Shown here in pieces: positions 1 to 9,923 of a stretch of DNA of 64,000 nt (its first letter is position 1; each line of letters starts with the position of its first letter). A program made the translations under genes and the position numbers. The notes under the pieces were generated by a model. That model made no database searches and had not been told where the DNA came from. It was given only the letters and a program-made list of their open reading frames with translations. Origin of the DNA: Minisyncoccota bacterium (lineage in GTDB: Bacteria; Patescibacteriota; Minisyncoccia; Phycocordibacterales; CAJBRS01); the NCBI GenBank assembly GCA_017881075.1, contig JADGRH010000003.1:128682-192681 (forward strand), written 5' to 3'.

Positions 1-1
1 C

Positions 2-2437
2 GCGGCCGAGCCAAAGAGAACAGGCATTGTTTCTCGTAGCTTCGTCACTGAAATGAAGGAGTCATATCTTGACTATGCCATGTCAGTTATTACCGCTCGT
101 GCTCTTCCTGATGTCCGCGACGGCTTAAAGCCGGTACATCGTCGTATTCTCTTTGCTATGAATGAGTTGGGACTCTCGGCTGGAGCGAAGACCAGAAAAT
201 CAGCCAAAATTACCGGAGATGTTACCGGAAATTACCATCCTCACGGCGACGTTGCTGTTTATGAATCGTTGGTCAAAATGGCCCAAGATTTTTCCATGCG
301 CTATCCGCTCATCATTGGTCAAGGCAATTTTGGGTCAATCGACGGAGACGGCGCCGCCGCTCCGCGCTATACCGAGGCAAAGATGGCTCGCATCAGTGCC
401 GAACTTTTGCGCGATCTGGAAAAAGAAACTGTGGAGTTCCGACCAAACTACGAAGGTACTCGTACGGAACCGGTGGTACTGCCGACCGCTGTTCCAAATC
501 TTCTACTCAATGGCACTCTCGGTATTGCTGTCGGTATGGCTTCAAACATTCCTCCTCATAATCTCGGCGAAGTAGTAGATGCCACTATTCATTTAATTGA
601 TAATAAAGAAGCAGGTACAGAAGATCTAGTTCAATTCATCAAGGGGCCGGATTTTCCAACAGGTGGCATTATTTACGGCGAGAAAGATATTCATCACGCT
701 TACGCCAACGGCAAAGGGGGAGTGGTAGTACGTGGTGAAGCGGAAATTGTGGAAGAAAAATCTGGGCGTTCCCAAATAATCATCACCTCCATTCCATACC
801 GCGTTAACAAAGCCGATCTTATCACTAACATTGCTGACCTGGTTCGAGACAAAAAAATTGAAGGCATAAAAGATATTCGTGACGAATCGACTAAGGATAT
901 ACGTGTAGTTATTGACCTAAAGAATGGCGCCTATCCGCAGAATGTTCTGAATTTTCTATATAAACACACCCAACTGGAAGAAACATTTCACTTTAATACC
1001 GTAGCCTTAGTGGGTGGCGTGCCGCAAACACTATCACTGAAAGCCTTTTTAGAGGAATTTATTGACCATCGCAAGATTGTTATAAAAAGAAGAACGGAAT
1101 TTGATTTGCGAAAAGCGGAAGACAGAGAGCATATTCTTCTCGGCTTAAAAAAAGCCCTGGATCATATTGATCAGATTATTAAATTAATCCGGGCGGCCAA
1201 GGATGTGCCAGAAGCCCAGGTGAAATTAATGAAGGAGTTCAGGTTCTCCGACAGGCAGGCCAACGCCATTCTGGAAATGCGCCTGTCAAAATTGGCCGGC
1301 CTGGAGAGGAAGAAAGTGGAAGAAGAGCTGAAGACCACTCAAGCTCTCATAAAGGACCTAAAGGAAATCTTAGCTAATTCTCGTCGCATTCTTACCATCA
1401 TCAAGGATGAGTTGAAAGAAATCAGAGCGAAGTATGGCGATGAAAGAAGAACAAAGATTGTTAAACACGGAGCAAAAGCTTTTTCGGTAGAGGACGTTAT
1501 TCCGGACGAGGAATCGGTGCTCGTTCTTACTGCAGGGGGTTATCTTAAGAGGACAAACCCCGATGAATATCGCCGGCAAAAACGAGGAGGAGTGGGTGTG
1601 GTTGACTTAAATACTAAGGAGGAAGATTTTATTACAAAATTTTTAACCACCAGCACTCATAGCGACCTTCTTTTCTTTACCGACAAAGGAAAAGCCTATC
1701 AGATCAAGATGTATGACATTCCGGAAGGCAAACGCGCTACTCGGGGCAAATCAATCATGAATTTTCTAGCTCTCTCCGCCGAAGAAAAAATAACTTCCAT
1801 CTTACCGATGCCAAAGGAAGTGAAGAAAAATCCATGGTCTCTGCTTATGGTGACAAAGCATGGTACTTCCAAAAAAGTAAAAGCGGAAAGTTTTCACGAT
1901 GTTCGCCGCAGCGGCCTTATTGCCATCCGTCTTGATAAGGGTGATGAATTGATCTCTGCTTCGTTCGTAGAGAAAGGTGATGAGGTGATTGTGGTCACTT
2001 CCTCTGGCCAATCAATTCGTTTTAAGGAATCGGATGTTCGGGAAATGGGACGCTCCGCCGGTGGAGTGCGGGTGATAAAAGTGGGCGGAAAGGCAGAAGT
2101 AGTGGGTGCCGACATAATCAAAAAAAGTTATGCTAATCCGGAAATCCTAGTCATTGCCAAAAACGGATATGGTAAAAAAACCAATTTAAAAGAATACAAA
2201 ACCCAGAAGCGTGGAGGAAGTGGTATTAAGACAGCTAAAGTGACAGCAAAGACTGGAGAAATAATCGCTTCTAAAGTTGTTTCTGGAGTGGAAACTGAAA
2301 TAGTAGCCATTTCTAAAAAAAGTCAGGTCATTCGTGTAGACCTTGCTGAAATTCCATCACTTGGTCGTCAGACCCAGGGAGTGAGGATTATGAAATTGCG
2401 TGATGGCGACTCAATCGCATCTCTGGTATGTCTATAA
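2..2437 (+). CDS. gyrA: DNA gyrase subunit A (5' end probably outside the window)
   Basis: [40 protein letters not shown] catalytic Tyr, GyrA-box QKRGGVG; the frame is open back to position 2. Confidence 0.97.
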   Translation, partial: AAEPKRTGIVSRSFVTEMKESYLDYAMSVITARALPDVRDGLKPVHRRILFAMNELGLSAGAKTRKSAKITGDVTGNYHPHGDVAVYESLVKMAQDFSMRYPLIIGQGNFGSIDGDGAAAPRYTEAKMARISAELLRDLEKETVEFRPNYEGTRTEPVVLPTAVPNLLLNGTLGIAVGMASNIPPHNLGEVVDATIHLIDNKEAGTEDLVQFIKGPDFPTGGIIYGEKDIHHAYANGKGGVVVRGEAEIVEEKSGRSQIIITSIPYRVNKADLITNIADLVRDKKIEGIKDIRDESTKDIRVVIDLKNGAYPQNVLNFLYKHTQLEETFHFNTVALVGGVPQTLSLKAFLEEFIDHRKIVIKRRTEFDLRKAEDREHILLGLKKALDHIDQIIKLIRAAKDVPEAQVKLMKEFRFSDRQANAILEMRLSKLAGLERKKVEEELKTTQALIKDLKEILANSRRILTIIKDELKEIRAKYGDERRTKIVKHGAKAFSVEDVIPDEESVLVLTAGGYLKRTNPDEYRRQKRGGVGVVDLNTKEEDFITKFLTTSTHSDLLFFTDKGKAYQIKMYDIPEGKRATRGKSIMNFLALSAEEKITSILPMPKEVKKNPWSLLMVTKHGTSKKVKAESFHDVRRSGLIAIRLDKGDELISASFVEKGDEVIVVTSSGQSIRFKESDVREMGRSAGGVRVIKVGGKAEVVGADIIKKSYANPEILVIAKNGYGKKTNLKEYKTQKRGGSGIKTAKVTAKTGEIIASKVVSGVETEIVAISKKSQVIRVDLAEIPSLGRQTQGVRIMKLRDGDSIASLVCL

Positions 2438-2449
2438 TTTTTCCGCTTT

Positions 2450-2980
2450 ATGTTTAACCACCCACAAAATAATATTAAAGAAGGATATATTGCAGAGGGG
2501 ATGAGGGTGGCCGACTTTGGGGCGGGCGTCGGCCACCACAGTCTGCCAGTGGCTCGACAGGTGGGCGATAGCGGTGACGTTTACGCTATTGAAATTCAGA
2601 AAGATCTTTTGACCAAACTTCACCGAGAGGCCGAGCGGGAAAGACTTTTAAATGTTCATCCTATTCTGGGTGATTTGGAAAAAGCCGGTGGCAGCAAACT
2701 GGCGGACCAATTTGTAGACAGGGTTTTAATAATAAACACTCTTTTTCAGCTGGAAGAGAAAAAGATCGCCCTTTCGGAAGCTAAGAGAATTCTCAAGTCC
2801 GATGGCAGATTGGTTCTTATAGATTGGCAGGATTCCTTTGGCCAGATTGGCCCACATCCCGATCAGGTGGTGACTAAAGAAAAAGCTCTCTCTTTGACGG
2901 AGAGCGCCGGCTTCAAATTGGAAAAAGAATTTGAAGCCGGCAGTCATCATTACGGCATGTTATTCAATATTCCTAAGTGA
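2450..2980 (+). CDS. class I SAM-dependent methyltransferase
   Basis: VADFGAGVG motif I, VYAIEIQ, LKSDGRLVLIDW. Confidence 0.85.
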   Translation: MFNHPQNNIKEGYIAEGMRVADFGAGVGHHSLPVARQVGDSGDVYAIEIQKDLLTKLHREAERERLLNVHPILGDLEKAGGSKLADQFVDRVLIINTLFQLEEKKIALSEAKRILKSDGRLVLIDWQDSFGQIGPHPDQVVTKEKALSLTESAGFKLEKEFEAGSHHYGMLFNIPK

Positions 2981-2994
2981 TATAATTACCTAAC

Positions 2995-4299
2995 ATGAAC
3001 ACTTTCCAAGTAATTCTCCTTTGCGTTTTTGGCGGATTCTTAGTATTGGGAGTGATGATCTTTGCCATCGGCCACTTTGGCGGTCAGACTACCACTCCGC
3101 CCATCCTGATGTGGGGCACTATTTCTAATACGGAAATGCGCAGTCTGCTGGAACAAATGGATACAATGCAAAGAGGCATTCTGAAAGTTACCTATGTTCA
3201 GAAAAATCCTGACACTTTTGATAAAGACTTTACCGAGGCAGTGGCTACGGGTGTAGGCCCGGACCTGGTTCTAGTTAGCCAAGACAATATATTAACTGAA
3301 CGAAACAAGCTCTATATTATTCCTTTTGCTACCCTTGCCGACCGCACTGTTATAGATACCTTTATTCAAGAAGCTGATCTCTTTAAAACTTCCACAGGAT
3401 ATTTAGCCCTACCTTTTATTATTGACCCGTTAGTAATGTATTGGAATCGGGATCTGTTTCAAGGAGCGGGGTTGGCTAAACCGCCGCAATACTGGGACGA
3501 ATTTAGCGGAACCGTGGCGGTTCTGAATAAGAAAGACCAAGCAGGCAACATTTTGCAAAGCGCTATTTCTTTCGGCGAATTTAGTAATGTGGCAAACGCA
3601 AAATCAATAATTTCTACCCTGATTATGCAAGCAGGTAATCCAATTACCCTAATCGGCGCGGCTGATGCCACTACTCCGGATGAAGTGACGGCAGTCTTGG
3701 ATAAAAAATTCAATGCCGTGGTGTTGCCCGCTGAAGCGGCTCTTGATTTCTATACCCAATTTGCCGATCCATCGAGCCCGGTTTTTTCCTGGAATAAATC
3801 ATTACCTCTTTCTACCAATATGTTTCTGGCTGGAAATCTTGCTACCTACTTCGGCTTTGCCAGTGAATACGCTTCACTCCAGAGTAAGAATCCCAATCTT
3901 AATTTTGATGTCGCCCCTCTACCACAGCCAAGAAGCGCCAGCGCTAAAATCACTTTCGGCAATATGCTCGGTCTCGGCATAGTGAAGAATTCGCCCAATC
4001 TTAGTGAAGCTTATCGGTCACTCCGAGTTTTGATCGGAAGTGCCCCTTTGAATATTTTATCCGGTCTGAATAATCTACCACCTACTCGGCGGGATCTTTT
4101 GGCCACGTCGACTCCCCAAAGTGCCGCCCTGACAGTCTTCAATGCTGCCGCCCTACAGTCGCGAGGATGGCTTGATCCCAATCCACAATCCACCAACACG
4201 ATATTCTCCGACATGATAGAATCTATTAAGAGTGGTAGTCGTAAAATAGGCGATGCCATTGGGGAAGCTAATGTGGAGATTCAGGGTTTAATCAAATAA
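2995..4299 (+). CDS. membrane-anchored extracellular solute-binding protein (sugar-type family 1-like)
   Basis: N-terminal TM helix; GPDLV, ALPF..DPLVMYWNRDLF..AGL..PP.YWDE motifs. Confidence 0.8.
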   Translation: MNTFQVILLCVFGGFLVLGVMIFAIGHFGGQTTTPPILMWGTISNTEMRSLLEQMDTMQRGILKVTYVQKNPDTFDKDFTEAVATGVGPDLVLVSQDNILTERNKLYIIPFATLADRTVIDTFIQEADLFKTSTGYLALPFIIDPLVMYWNRDLFQGAGLAKPPQYWDEFSGTVAVLNKKDQAGNILQSAISFGEFSNVANAKSIISTLIMQAGNPITLIGAADATTPDEVTAVLDKKFNAVVLPAEAALDFYTQFADPSSPVFSWNKSLPLSTNMFLAGNLATYFGFASEYASLQSKNPNLNFDVAPLPQPRSASAKITFGNMLGLGIVKNSPNLSEAYRSLRVLIGSAPLNILSGLNNLPPTRRDLLATSTPQSAALTVFNAAALQSRGWLDPNPQSTNTIFSDMIESIKSGSRKIGDAIGEANVEIQGLIK

Positions 4300-4300
4300 A

Positions 4301-4684
4301 ATGAGAGCCAATTTTCTTCTTTCTTTCAGTACAATTATACTCGTCTCACTCCTTCTTTTTTCTCCCGTTTATGGTCAGAATCCGAATTACGGAATTGTGG
4401 GATGCGGAAATAATTGCGATTGGGGACAGCTAATTCAATTGGGACAGAATATTATTGGTTACCTTGTTTTAATTGCTGGAAGTTTGGCCGCCATCTCCTT
4501 CGCTTATGCCGGGTGGCTTTATCTTACTTCCGGTGGCGACCCCTCAAAAGTTACAAAAGCCAAGGATATTTTTGTGAAAGTGGCGATAGGATTGATTGTC
4601 GTCTTGTGTGCCTGGCTGATCGTTCACGAGGTGCTTAAACTATTAGGCGTAAATCAAAACTATTCATTAATAAAGACATCATAA
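4301..4684 (+). CDS. VirB2/TrbC-like pilin (CPR type) 1
   Basis: signal peptide, two hydrophobic helices flanking YLTSGGDPSKVTKAK. Confidence 0.75.
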   Translation: MRANFLLSFSTIILVSLLLFSPVYGQNPNYGIVGCGNNCDWGQLIQLGQNIIGYLVLIAGSLAAISFAYAGWLYLTSGGDPSKVTKAKDIFVKVAIGLIVVLCAWLIVHEVLKLLGVNQNYSLIKTS

Positions 4685-4686
4685 AC

Positions 4687-5106
4687 ATGAATCGGAAAAT
4701 AATAATTATACTGATTATCTTTAATCTTTTTTTTATTACACCGGGTTTGGTTGTTGGCCAAGTAATACAAAGTAGTGGAATTGGAGGGCCTAGTCAATCT
4801 AGTGGAATTGGAGGAACTAGCCAATTATGTAATCCTCTGGGAGGGTGCAGTTCCAGTGGCCCCAACGATCTTACGGCATTCATTAAATTAGTATTGGCAG
4901 CAGTGGTGAAGATCGGGGCGGTAGTGGTGGTTTTCTTTGTTATCTATTCCGGCTTCCTTATGGTTACGGCCCAAGGCAATGAGGAGAAATTAAAGAAAGC
5001 CAAAAACGCCCTTCTTTGGACTTTAGTGGGAGCGGCCATTCTTCTGGGAGCCCAACTTCTAGCGGACGTTATTAGCAACACTATAACTGCCTTAAGTAAA
5101 CCTTAA
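4687..5106 (+). CDS. VirB2/TrbC-like pilin 2
   Basis: signal peptide, LCNPL, IYSGFLMVTAQGNEEKLKKAK..LLWT. Confidence 0.8.
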   Translation: MNRKIIIILIIFNLFFITPGLVVGQVIQSSGIGGPSQSSGIGGTSQLCNPLGGCSSSGPNDLTAFIKLVLAAVVKIGAVVVVFFVIYSGFLMVTAQGNEEKLKKAKNALLWTLVGAAILLGAQLLADVISNTITALSKP

Positions 5107-5116
5107 GCAAATAATT

Positions 5117-5419
5117 ATGTTTTTAATTCCACAATTAGTCTACGCCCAAGCCACCGATTTTAAAGGTTTGATTAAAATTGCTCTAGACTTATTGAAGAGC
5201 GTCATCCCAGTTATTATTGGGATAGGTCTGGTAGTCTTTCTTTTTGGTATCGTGCGCTACATTACGCCTGGGCAAAGCGAAGAAAAAATCAAAGAAGGGA
5301 GAAATATGATGATCTATGGTCTTATTGCCCTCTTTGTAATGACAGCCGTCTGGGGATTGGTGGGGGTCTTAACCAGTACTTTCTTTGGAGGGGCATTGAG
5401 CATTCCGCAGCTGCAATGA
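5117..5419 (+). CDS. VirB2/TrbC-like pilin 3
   Basis: FLFGIVRYI..EEKIKEGRNMMIYGLIALFVM..VWGLV. Confidence 0.75.
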   Translation: MFLIPQLVYAQATDFKGLIKIALDLLKSVIPVIIGIGLVVFLFGIVRYITPGQSEEKIKEGRNMMIYGLIALFVMTAVWGLVGVLTSTFFGGALSIPQLQ

Positions 5420-5514
5420 AGTGAGAAGCCAAACTGCTATTTGACAGACTAAGACTTGGGCAAGCGCCCCGGAGCGGTCTGTCAAATGGCACGTTTGGCG
5501 AAGCACTTCATTGC
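5413..5514. repeat. long hairpin element with conserved 35-nt head, copy 1
   Basis: gcaatgaagtg...cacttcattgc outer stem; head agactaagacttgggcaagcgccccggagcggtct at 5446-5480. Confidence 0.9.
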
Positions 5515-5632
5515 CTGGACACAGAAGGAAATAATCCCCAGGTAAGACTTTAAAATTATTGAGATTGTGGTATGATTTAGAGGTAAATAGCTTATAAAAA
5601 GGTCATCGCTTATTAATTAAATTATCCTTTAA

Positions 5633-5995
5633 ATGAAAAAGTATCTCATTGGTTTATCAGTACTGGCCATGCCAGCAATAGCCTTCGGTCAGAATCTTCA
5701 GAATCTTAGCAATTTAGTCGGTTCCGCTACCCGTATTATCAATCAGTTAGTACCTTTTGCCATTGGCTTGGGTTTAATCGCATTCCTTTTTGGAATCGTC
5801 CGATACATCACCGCGGGCGCTGGGGAAGACAAGGCCGCCGCCAGAAACCTGATGATCTACGGCATCATCGCTCTCTTTGTGATGGTATCTGTCTGGGGAT
5901 TGGTCAATTTCATCGGCCAGGCTCTAGGTATCAATAATCCTGACACTCAACGAGCTCCAAATGTTCCTACCAATCAATCGTCAACTGGACTTTAA
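5633..5995 (+). CDS. VirB2/TrbC-like pilin 4
   Basis: signal peptide, FLFGIVRYITAGAGEDKAAARNLMIYGIIALFVMVSVWGLV. Confidence 0.75.
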   Translation: MKKYLIGLSVLAMPAIAFGQNLQNLSNLVGSATRIINQLVPFAIGLGLIAFLFGIVRYITAGAGEDKAAARNLMIYGIIALFVMVSVWGLVNFIGQALGINNPDTQRAPNVPTNQSSTGL

Positions 5996-6014
5996 GATAA
6001 TCCATAAGCGGATT

Positions 6015-6398
6015 GTGAAAAAATACATAATTACTTCTTTGGTGTTACTACTGATATCGGTAATTTTACCTTTATTGGCCCATGCTCAATCTGGAGGAGG
6101 GGGTGGGGGAGGCTCGCCCTCTTTAGTGAAGCTGGTTCAATCTGGCACTAAAGTTTTAGACGCTCTCATTCCTTTCGCCATCGGACTTGGATTAGTGGTC
6201 TTTCTTTTTGCCATCATTAAATATGTGACGGCCGGTAGCGGCGAAGACAAGGCCGCCGCCAGAAACCTGATGATCTACGGCATCATCGCTCTCTTTGTGA
6301 TGGTATCTGTCTGGGGTCTAGTGAATTTTATTGGCGGTGCTTTGGGAATAGATCAGAACGCGAAGGTCTTGGCGCCGAGCTTACCCGAACTTCCATAA
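6015..6398 (+). CDS. VirB2/TrbC-like pilin 5 (GTG start at 6015 preferred)
   Basis: paralog of pilin 4, signal peptide ending AHA, poly-Gly linker. Confidence 0.75.
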   Translation: MKKYIITSLVLLLISVILPLLAHAQSGGGGGGGSPSLVKLVQSGTKVLDALIPFAIGLGLVVFLFAIIKYVTAGSGEDKAAARNLMIYGIIALFVMVSVWGLVNFIGGALGIDQNAKVLAPSLPELP

Positions 6399-6404
6399 TA
6401 ATAT

Positions 6405-6677
6405 ATGAATGTTGATGGCCTTCTGAAAAATATTGATAATCTCATCCTTAACCCTTTAATCTTTCTGATGTTCGGCGTAGCTCTGGTGGTTTTCTTGTGG
6501 GGTGTGGTGCAATTTATTATCGCCGCCGATAGCGCCGAAGGCAGAAAACTCGGCCGCCAAAGAATTCTCTATGGCATCATTGGTATGTTCATCATGGTCT
6601 CGGTCTATGGTATTCTCTACATCATTATCCATACCTTCGGTATCAGCTCCACTGCTCTTGATTCGGTGAAGAAATAG
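6405..6677 (+). CDS. pilin-like membrane protein 6
   Basis: FLWGVVQFI...GRQRILYGIIGMFIMVSVYGIL, same two-helix pattern. Confidence 0.7.
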   Translation: MNVDGLLKNIDNLILNPLIFLMFGVALVVFLWGVVQFIIAADSAEGRKLGRQRILYGIIGMFIMVSVYGILYIIIHTFGISSTALDSVKK

Positions 6678-6703
6678 ATTAAAATTTTCTAGTTAAATAA
6701 ATA

Positions 6704-6735
6704 GCGGCGATCTTCGTTTTCACGAAGATCGCCGC
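6704..6735. terminator. hairpin terminator between convergent genes
   Basis: gcggcgatcttcgt/acgaagatcgccgc inverted repeat. Confidence 0.75.
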
Positions 6736-6750
6736 GTTGGCGCTTCTTTA

Positions 6751-7224
6751 TTAGCGCAACTTTTGGACGACGTAGCCAGTCACGGAACTAGCTTCGCGTG
6801 ACTTGAATCGGAGTGTGTAGACCACTCCCAGTTTTGGATGATAGCCGTGACCAATGGTCACAATTCGTTCATCCGACCGGGTTTCATTCACCAACTCATC
6901 TTGGAGTGGGTCGTCGTTTCCACGATAGCTTGCGAAAGTGTCGAATTTCCACTCGTCACCCAATATCACGACCGGATCACTCCATGCTCCGGTCGGAGCA
7001 ATGTAGTTGTCGATGTGTACTGGAATGTTAGAGGTCGCCGTGGCGACTACTCGACTGGATCGACTACGGTTTTCAGGTCTCTCTCTCATTATGCCGTAGA
7101 TTAACAATCCGACGGCTAGGAGAATTGCAACCCAATAGATCATACCTCCCGCAAAACTCACTATTCCTCCAAGCACTTCACCGTAGTTTACCGGAGTTGT
7201 TCCTTCATTTGTTTCAGTTGGCAT
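6751..7224 (-). CDS. hypothetical membrane-anchored protein
   Basis: 157-aa ORF, AAGGAG RBS, N-terminal TM segment, directly downstream of the SPFH-like gene. Confidence 0.7.
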   Translation of the reverse strand: MPTETNEGTTPVNYGEVLGGIVSFAGGMIYWVAILLAVGLLIYGIMRERPENRSRSSRVVATATSNIPVHIDNYIAPTGAWSDPVVILGDEWKFDTFASYRGNDDPLQDELVNETRSDERIVTIGHGYHPKLGVVYTLRFKSREASSVTGYVVQKLR

Positions 7225-7233
7225 AATACTCCT

Positions 7234-8247
7234 TTACTTGGTTGGGGTTTTGGGTTCGTTGAGGTTTTTTCCACTTTCCAGCACTGAAGCAAGGCCTGTG
7301 CCCGGCAAAATGATGTTTTGTGCACCCTCGAGCCCCTTGACGGTGCCCTCAAACACAATCTTATTCTCAGTGAATGTGAGTTGAGCAGCATCTTCCAATC
7401 CCAGGAAGATCTTAACGGCTTCTCGGGCGGTGAGCTGATCGGGAAGTAGGGTGCCGGCTGCATCCGTAACTGACGTGATATCTCGAACATACTCCATCAT
7501 CACTGATTTCGTAAATCGCTGGCCACGCGCTTTTTGTGCCTGAGCATCGAGTTCAATGTTCGAGACTTTTACTATCGGTACATAAACACCGAATTTCGAC
7601 AACAATGGTCCGGCAATTGCCGGGTCAACGAAAAGCCTCGATAATTTATCGTTAATGCCCTTCTTATCGGTGGCGGCATCATCGGCCTTGGTATTTGCGA
7701 TGATCTCGCTAAGCTCAGCCGTGATAATTTGGCTGATCATGGTTCTGGCTGTACCCTTTCTTAGGCGGCCATAAGTGATTATGTCGTCATCGGTGTCGCC
7801 CACTTGATAGGGAGCAGACCACTTTACTTTTATCGCCGGGCCGTCTTTTGACAAGTAAGTCTCGGTCTCTTCCGCTGCGCTCATGACGTTACCGGACGTG
7901 ACGGTTTTCACTTCCAAGCTCACCTCTTTTTCGAAACTTAGCGCAGGAGATTTTAGGTGAAGCCCTGCTCTAAATACCCGCGGCTTTCTTGTTTTATAGA
8001 TCTCATCCAGCATTATCCATGCGTGGTAGAGAGGGACTCTCGCAGTCGTGTAACCAGCTTTGAGTATCGGTCCAGCTAATTTGAGCACGATACCGAAAAG
8101 CCCGATCACAAAAACACTCGTGACCACGATACCTGACCAGTTGGTGTATAGCAACAGGAAGCAGGCTGCTCCCAATATTACTAATTGCCAAGCTAGACGC
8201 TTGACGAGCCTTGGAAATGAATCCATTAGAGAATCTGACATTGTCAT
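7234..8247 (-). CDS. membrane protein with probable SPFH/band-7-like domain
   Basis: two N-terminal TMs, RVFRAGLHLK, YLSKDGPAIKVKWS, KFGVYV..VKVSNIEL pattern; AAAGG RBS and TTGACT promoter upstream. Confidence 0.55.
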   Translation of the reverse strand: MTMSDSLMDSFPRLVKRLAWQLVILGAACFLLLYTNWSGIVVTSVFVIGLFGIVLKLAGPILKAGYTTARVPLYHAWIMLDEIYKTRKPRVFRAGLHLKSPALSFEKEVSLEVKTVTSGNVMSAAEETETYLSKDGPAIKVKWSAPYQVGDTDDDIITYGRLRKGTARTMISQIITAELSEIIANTKADDAATDKKGINDKLSRLFVDPAIAGPLLSKFGVYVPIVKVSNIELDAQAQKARGQRFTKSVMMEYVRDITSVTDAAGTLLPDQLTAREAVKIFLGLEDAAQLTFTENKIVFEGTVKGLEGAQNIILPGTGLASVLESGKNLNEPKTPTK

Positions 8248-8397
8248 ACTAACCTTTCTTTTTCCTTTTTGAAATTGTCAAACAGCTAAGAATCATTTGT
8301 ACTAAACCACACGGTCTAGTTGATTCAGAGTTTGGAGCAACGATATCATAATTTACTCTAAAAGTCAAGGAAAAAATGGTAAAAAATAAAATGCAAA

Positions 8398-8424
8398 AGG
8401 GTCGGATCCAAGCGATCCGACCCT
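8398..8424. terminator. hairpin downstream of the receiver gene
   Basis: agggtcggatc/gatccgaccct followed by a T-run on the minus strand. Confidence 0.6.
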
Positions 8425-8431
8425 ACAAATT

Positions 8432-8800
8432 TCAGCCGAGAATTTTCCCGAGCTGCAAGACAGACGTACTAAGAAGGAAAGGTTTTGCCCAAAAGGCGTG
8501 AACCAGGGTTTTGTCCATAAGCGGTGAGGGAAGTCTGCCGCTCATCAGAATTCTTTTAACAGTCGGATGTTCTTTCCGAACCGTCTCAAGTAATCTGATA
8601 CCAACTTCCTCCAATTCCTCGGAGCCCTCTCGCGGCTTGTCCTTGTCGGCAATGATCGCCACAATGTCAGGATCTTCGTCCAATTTTTCCAGGGCTTCCT
8701 TGCCTGTGGAAACGGTCGAGACCAAGAAATCATGAGCTAAACCAGTTGCCACTAATTCCAACAGTTCTTTCTCGTCGTCTACTATTAATACTTTTTTCAA
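8432..8800 (-). CDS. stand-alone response regulator receiver domain
   Basis: KVLIVDDE, IIAD (phospho-Asp), ILMSG, AKPF. Confidence 0.85.
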   Translation of the reverse strand: MKKVLIVDDEKELLELVATGLAHDFLVSTVSTGKEALEKLDEDPDIVAIIADKDKPREGSEELEEVGIRLLETVRKEHPTVKRILMSGRLPSPLMDKTLVHAFWAKPFLLSTSVLQLGKILG

Positions 8801-8904
8801 CTTAGACCTTCTAAGTTCCAGCTGGATACATTATATTACAAAAATCAGTTTTGTCAAATCAATTAATTATTGCTAAGATATAATCTCGAACGAATGTTAA
8901 TTAG

Positions 8905-8976
8905 GGCGTAGTAGCCAAGTGGTAAGGCAAAGATCTGCAAAATCTTTATACGCCGGTTCGATTCCGGCCTACGCCT
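8905..8976 (+). tRNA. tRNA-Cys(GCA)
   Basis: acceptor ggcgtag/ctacgcc, anticodon arm aagat-ctGCAaa-atctt, GGTTCGATTCC. Confidence 0.95.
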
Positions 8977-9006
8977 CCTTCGTCTCGCCGTAGTCGGCGA
9001 AGGCGG
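8977..9006. repeat. short REP-like palindrome between tRNAs
   Basis: ccttcgtctcgccgtagtcggcgaaggcgg hairpin. Confidence 0.5.
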
Positions 9007-9011
9007 ACTGC

Positions 9012-9095
9012 GCCCGAGTGGTGAAATTGGTAAACACGCAACACTTAAAATGTTGTGAACGAAAGTTCTTGTCGGTTCGATTCCGACCTCGGGCA
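9012..9095 (+). tRNA. tRNA-Leu(TAA)
   Basis: gcccgag/ctcgggc, caaca-ctTAAaa-tgttg, long variable arm. Confidence 0.95.
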
Positions 9096-9101
9096 CAAAA
9101 A

Positions 9102-9189
9102 TAGCTGTCAGGTATTAGCTTTTAGGTGTTAGCTTTGATATATTTTAAATTCAAAAGCTGAAAGCTGAAACCTAACAGCTGAAAGCTAT
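9102..9189. repeat. inverted pair of degenerate heptamer arrays
   Basis: tagctgt-caggtat-tagcttt-taggtgt-tagcttt ... aagctga-aagctga-aacctaa-cagctga-aagctat. Confidence 0.7.
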
Positions 9190-9193
9190 TTAA

Positions 9194-9266
9194 CCGCCCA
9201 TAGCTCAGTCGGTAGAGCATCCGCCTCTTAAGCGGTTGGTCGTAGGTTCGATTCCTACTGGGCGGA
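9194..9266 (+). tRNA. tRNA-Lys(CTT)
   Basis: ccgccca/tgggcgg, ccgc-ctCTTaa-gcgg, GGTTCGATTCC. Confidence 0.93.
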
Positions 9267-9508
9267 CAAGAGAGAAAAATGCAAACTGCTTTGCATTTTT
9301 CGATACTTGTCCGAGCCGCAGCGTTGTCGCCAGTTTCGAGGCGACCGCGAGGCGGGGTCGCGAACACTTTGTTTTTTGCAAGATTATGACCGCAGCAAAA
9401 AACTTAGTGATTCGTGACGACACTAAAAGGGCTCCTGACCCCATTTTTTACCATTTTTTAAATCTTGAAATACCTCTTTCCATTCCAATATGGTATCTTC
9501 TATCTTAT

Positions 9509-9589
9509 GCGCGGGTGGTGAAATGGTATACACGCCAGTTTTAGGAACTGGTGCCGTAAGGCGTGGAGGTTCAAGTCCTCTCCCGCGCA
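9509..9589 (+). tRNA. tRNA-Leu(TAG)
   Basis: gcgcggg/cccgcgc, ccagt-ttTAGga-actgg, variable arm. Confidence 0.95.
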
Positions 9590-9591
9590 CA

Positions 9592-9915
9592 TCATAGATT
9601 ATTTGAAATGGTGTCGATTTTTTGGCGGTTCTTTTCGCCGAGATCTATTTCAAAATCAAAGAAGGGAAGACGACCGAGCAGGCTTTTGGATTTAACATAA
9701 TGTTTGAAGCCCGACCGTTTTCGCTTAGCAAAATCGAGAACCGCCTTTTCTTTGTCTTCAGGGAAGACAGTAAAAAAGATGGTAGCCTCTTTCTGATCGT
9801 CAGACAACCTAACGCTGGTAACGGTAATGAGGGCAGTGCCACCCGACTCTTCTTCAAAGAAAGTTGAAGCAAGATGTCTCATCAGTTCCTCCATTTTTTC
9901 TTTACGGTATGCCAT
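9592..9915 (-). CDS. rbfA: ribosome-binding factor A
   Basis: ITVTSVRLSDD..ATIFFTV, LGRLPFFDFEID; downstream of infB. Confidence 0.9.
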   Translation of the reverse strand: MAYRKEKMEELMRHLASTFFEEESGGTALITVTSVRLSDDQKEATIFFTVFPEDKEKAVLDFAKRKRSGFKHYVKSKSLLGRLPFFDFEIDLGEKNRQKIDTISNNL

Positions 9916-9923
9916 GTGTCTTT

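Noticed and set aside
5825-6316. DGR template/variable repeat pair or CRISPR repeats
   Set aside because: The copies are identical, with no adenine-specific mismatches. No reverse transcriptase, cas gene or regularly spaced array is present in the window.
8863-9544. ORFs of 77-102 aa over the tRNA cluster
   Set aside because: They are shadow translations of tRNA genes and hairpins with no protein domain, unlike the LAGLIDADG case.
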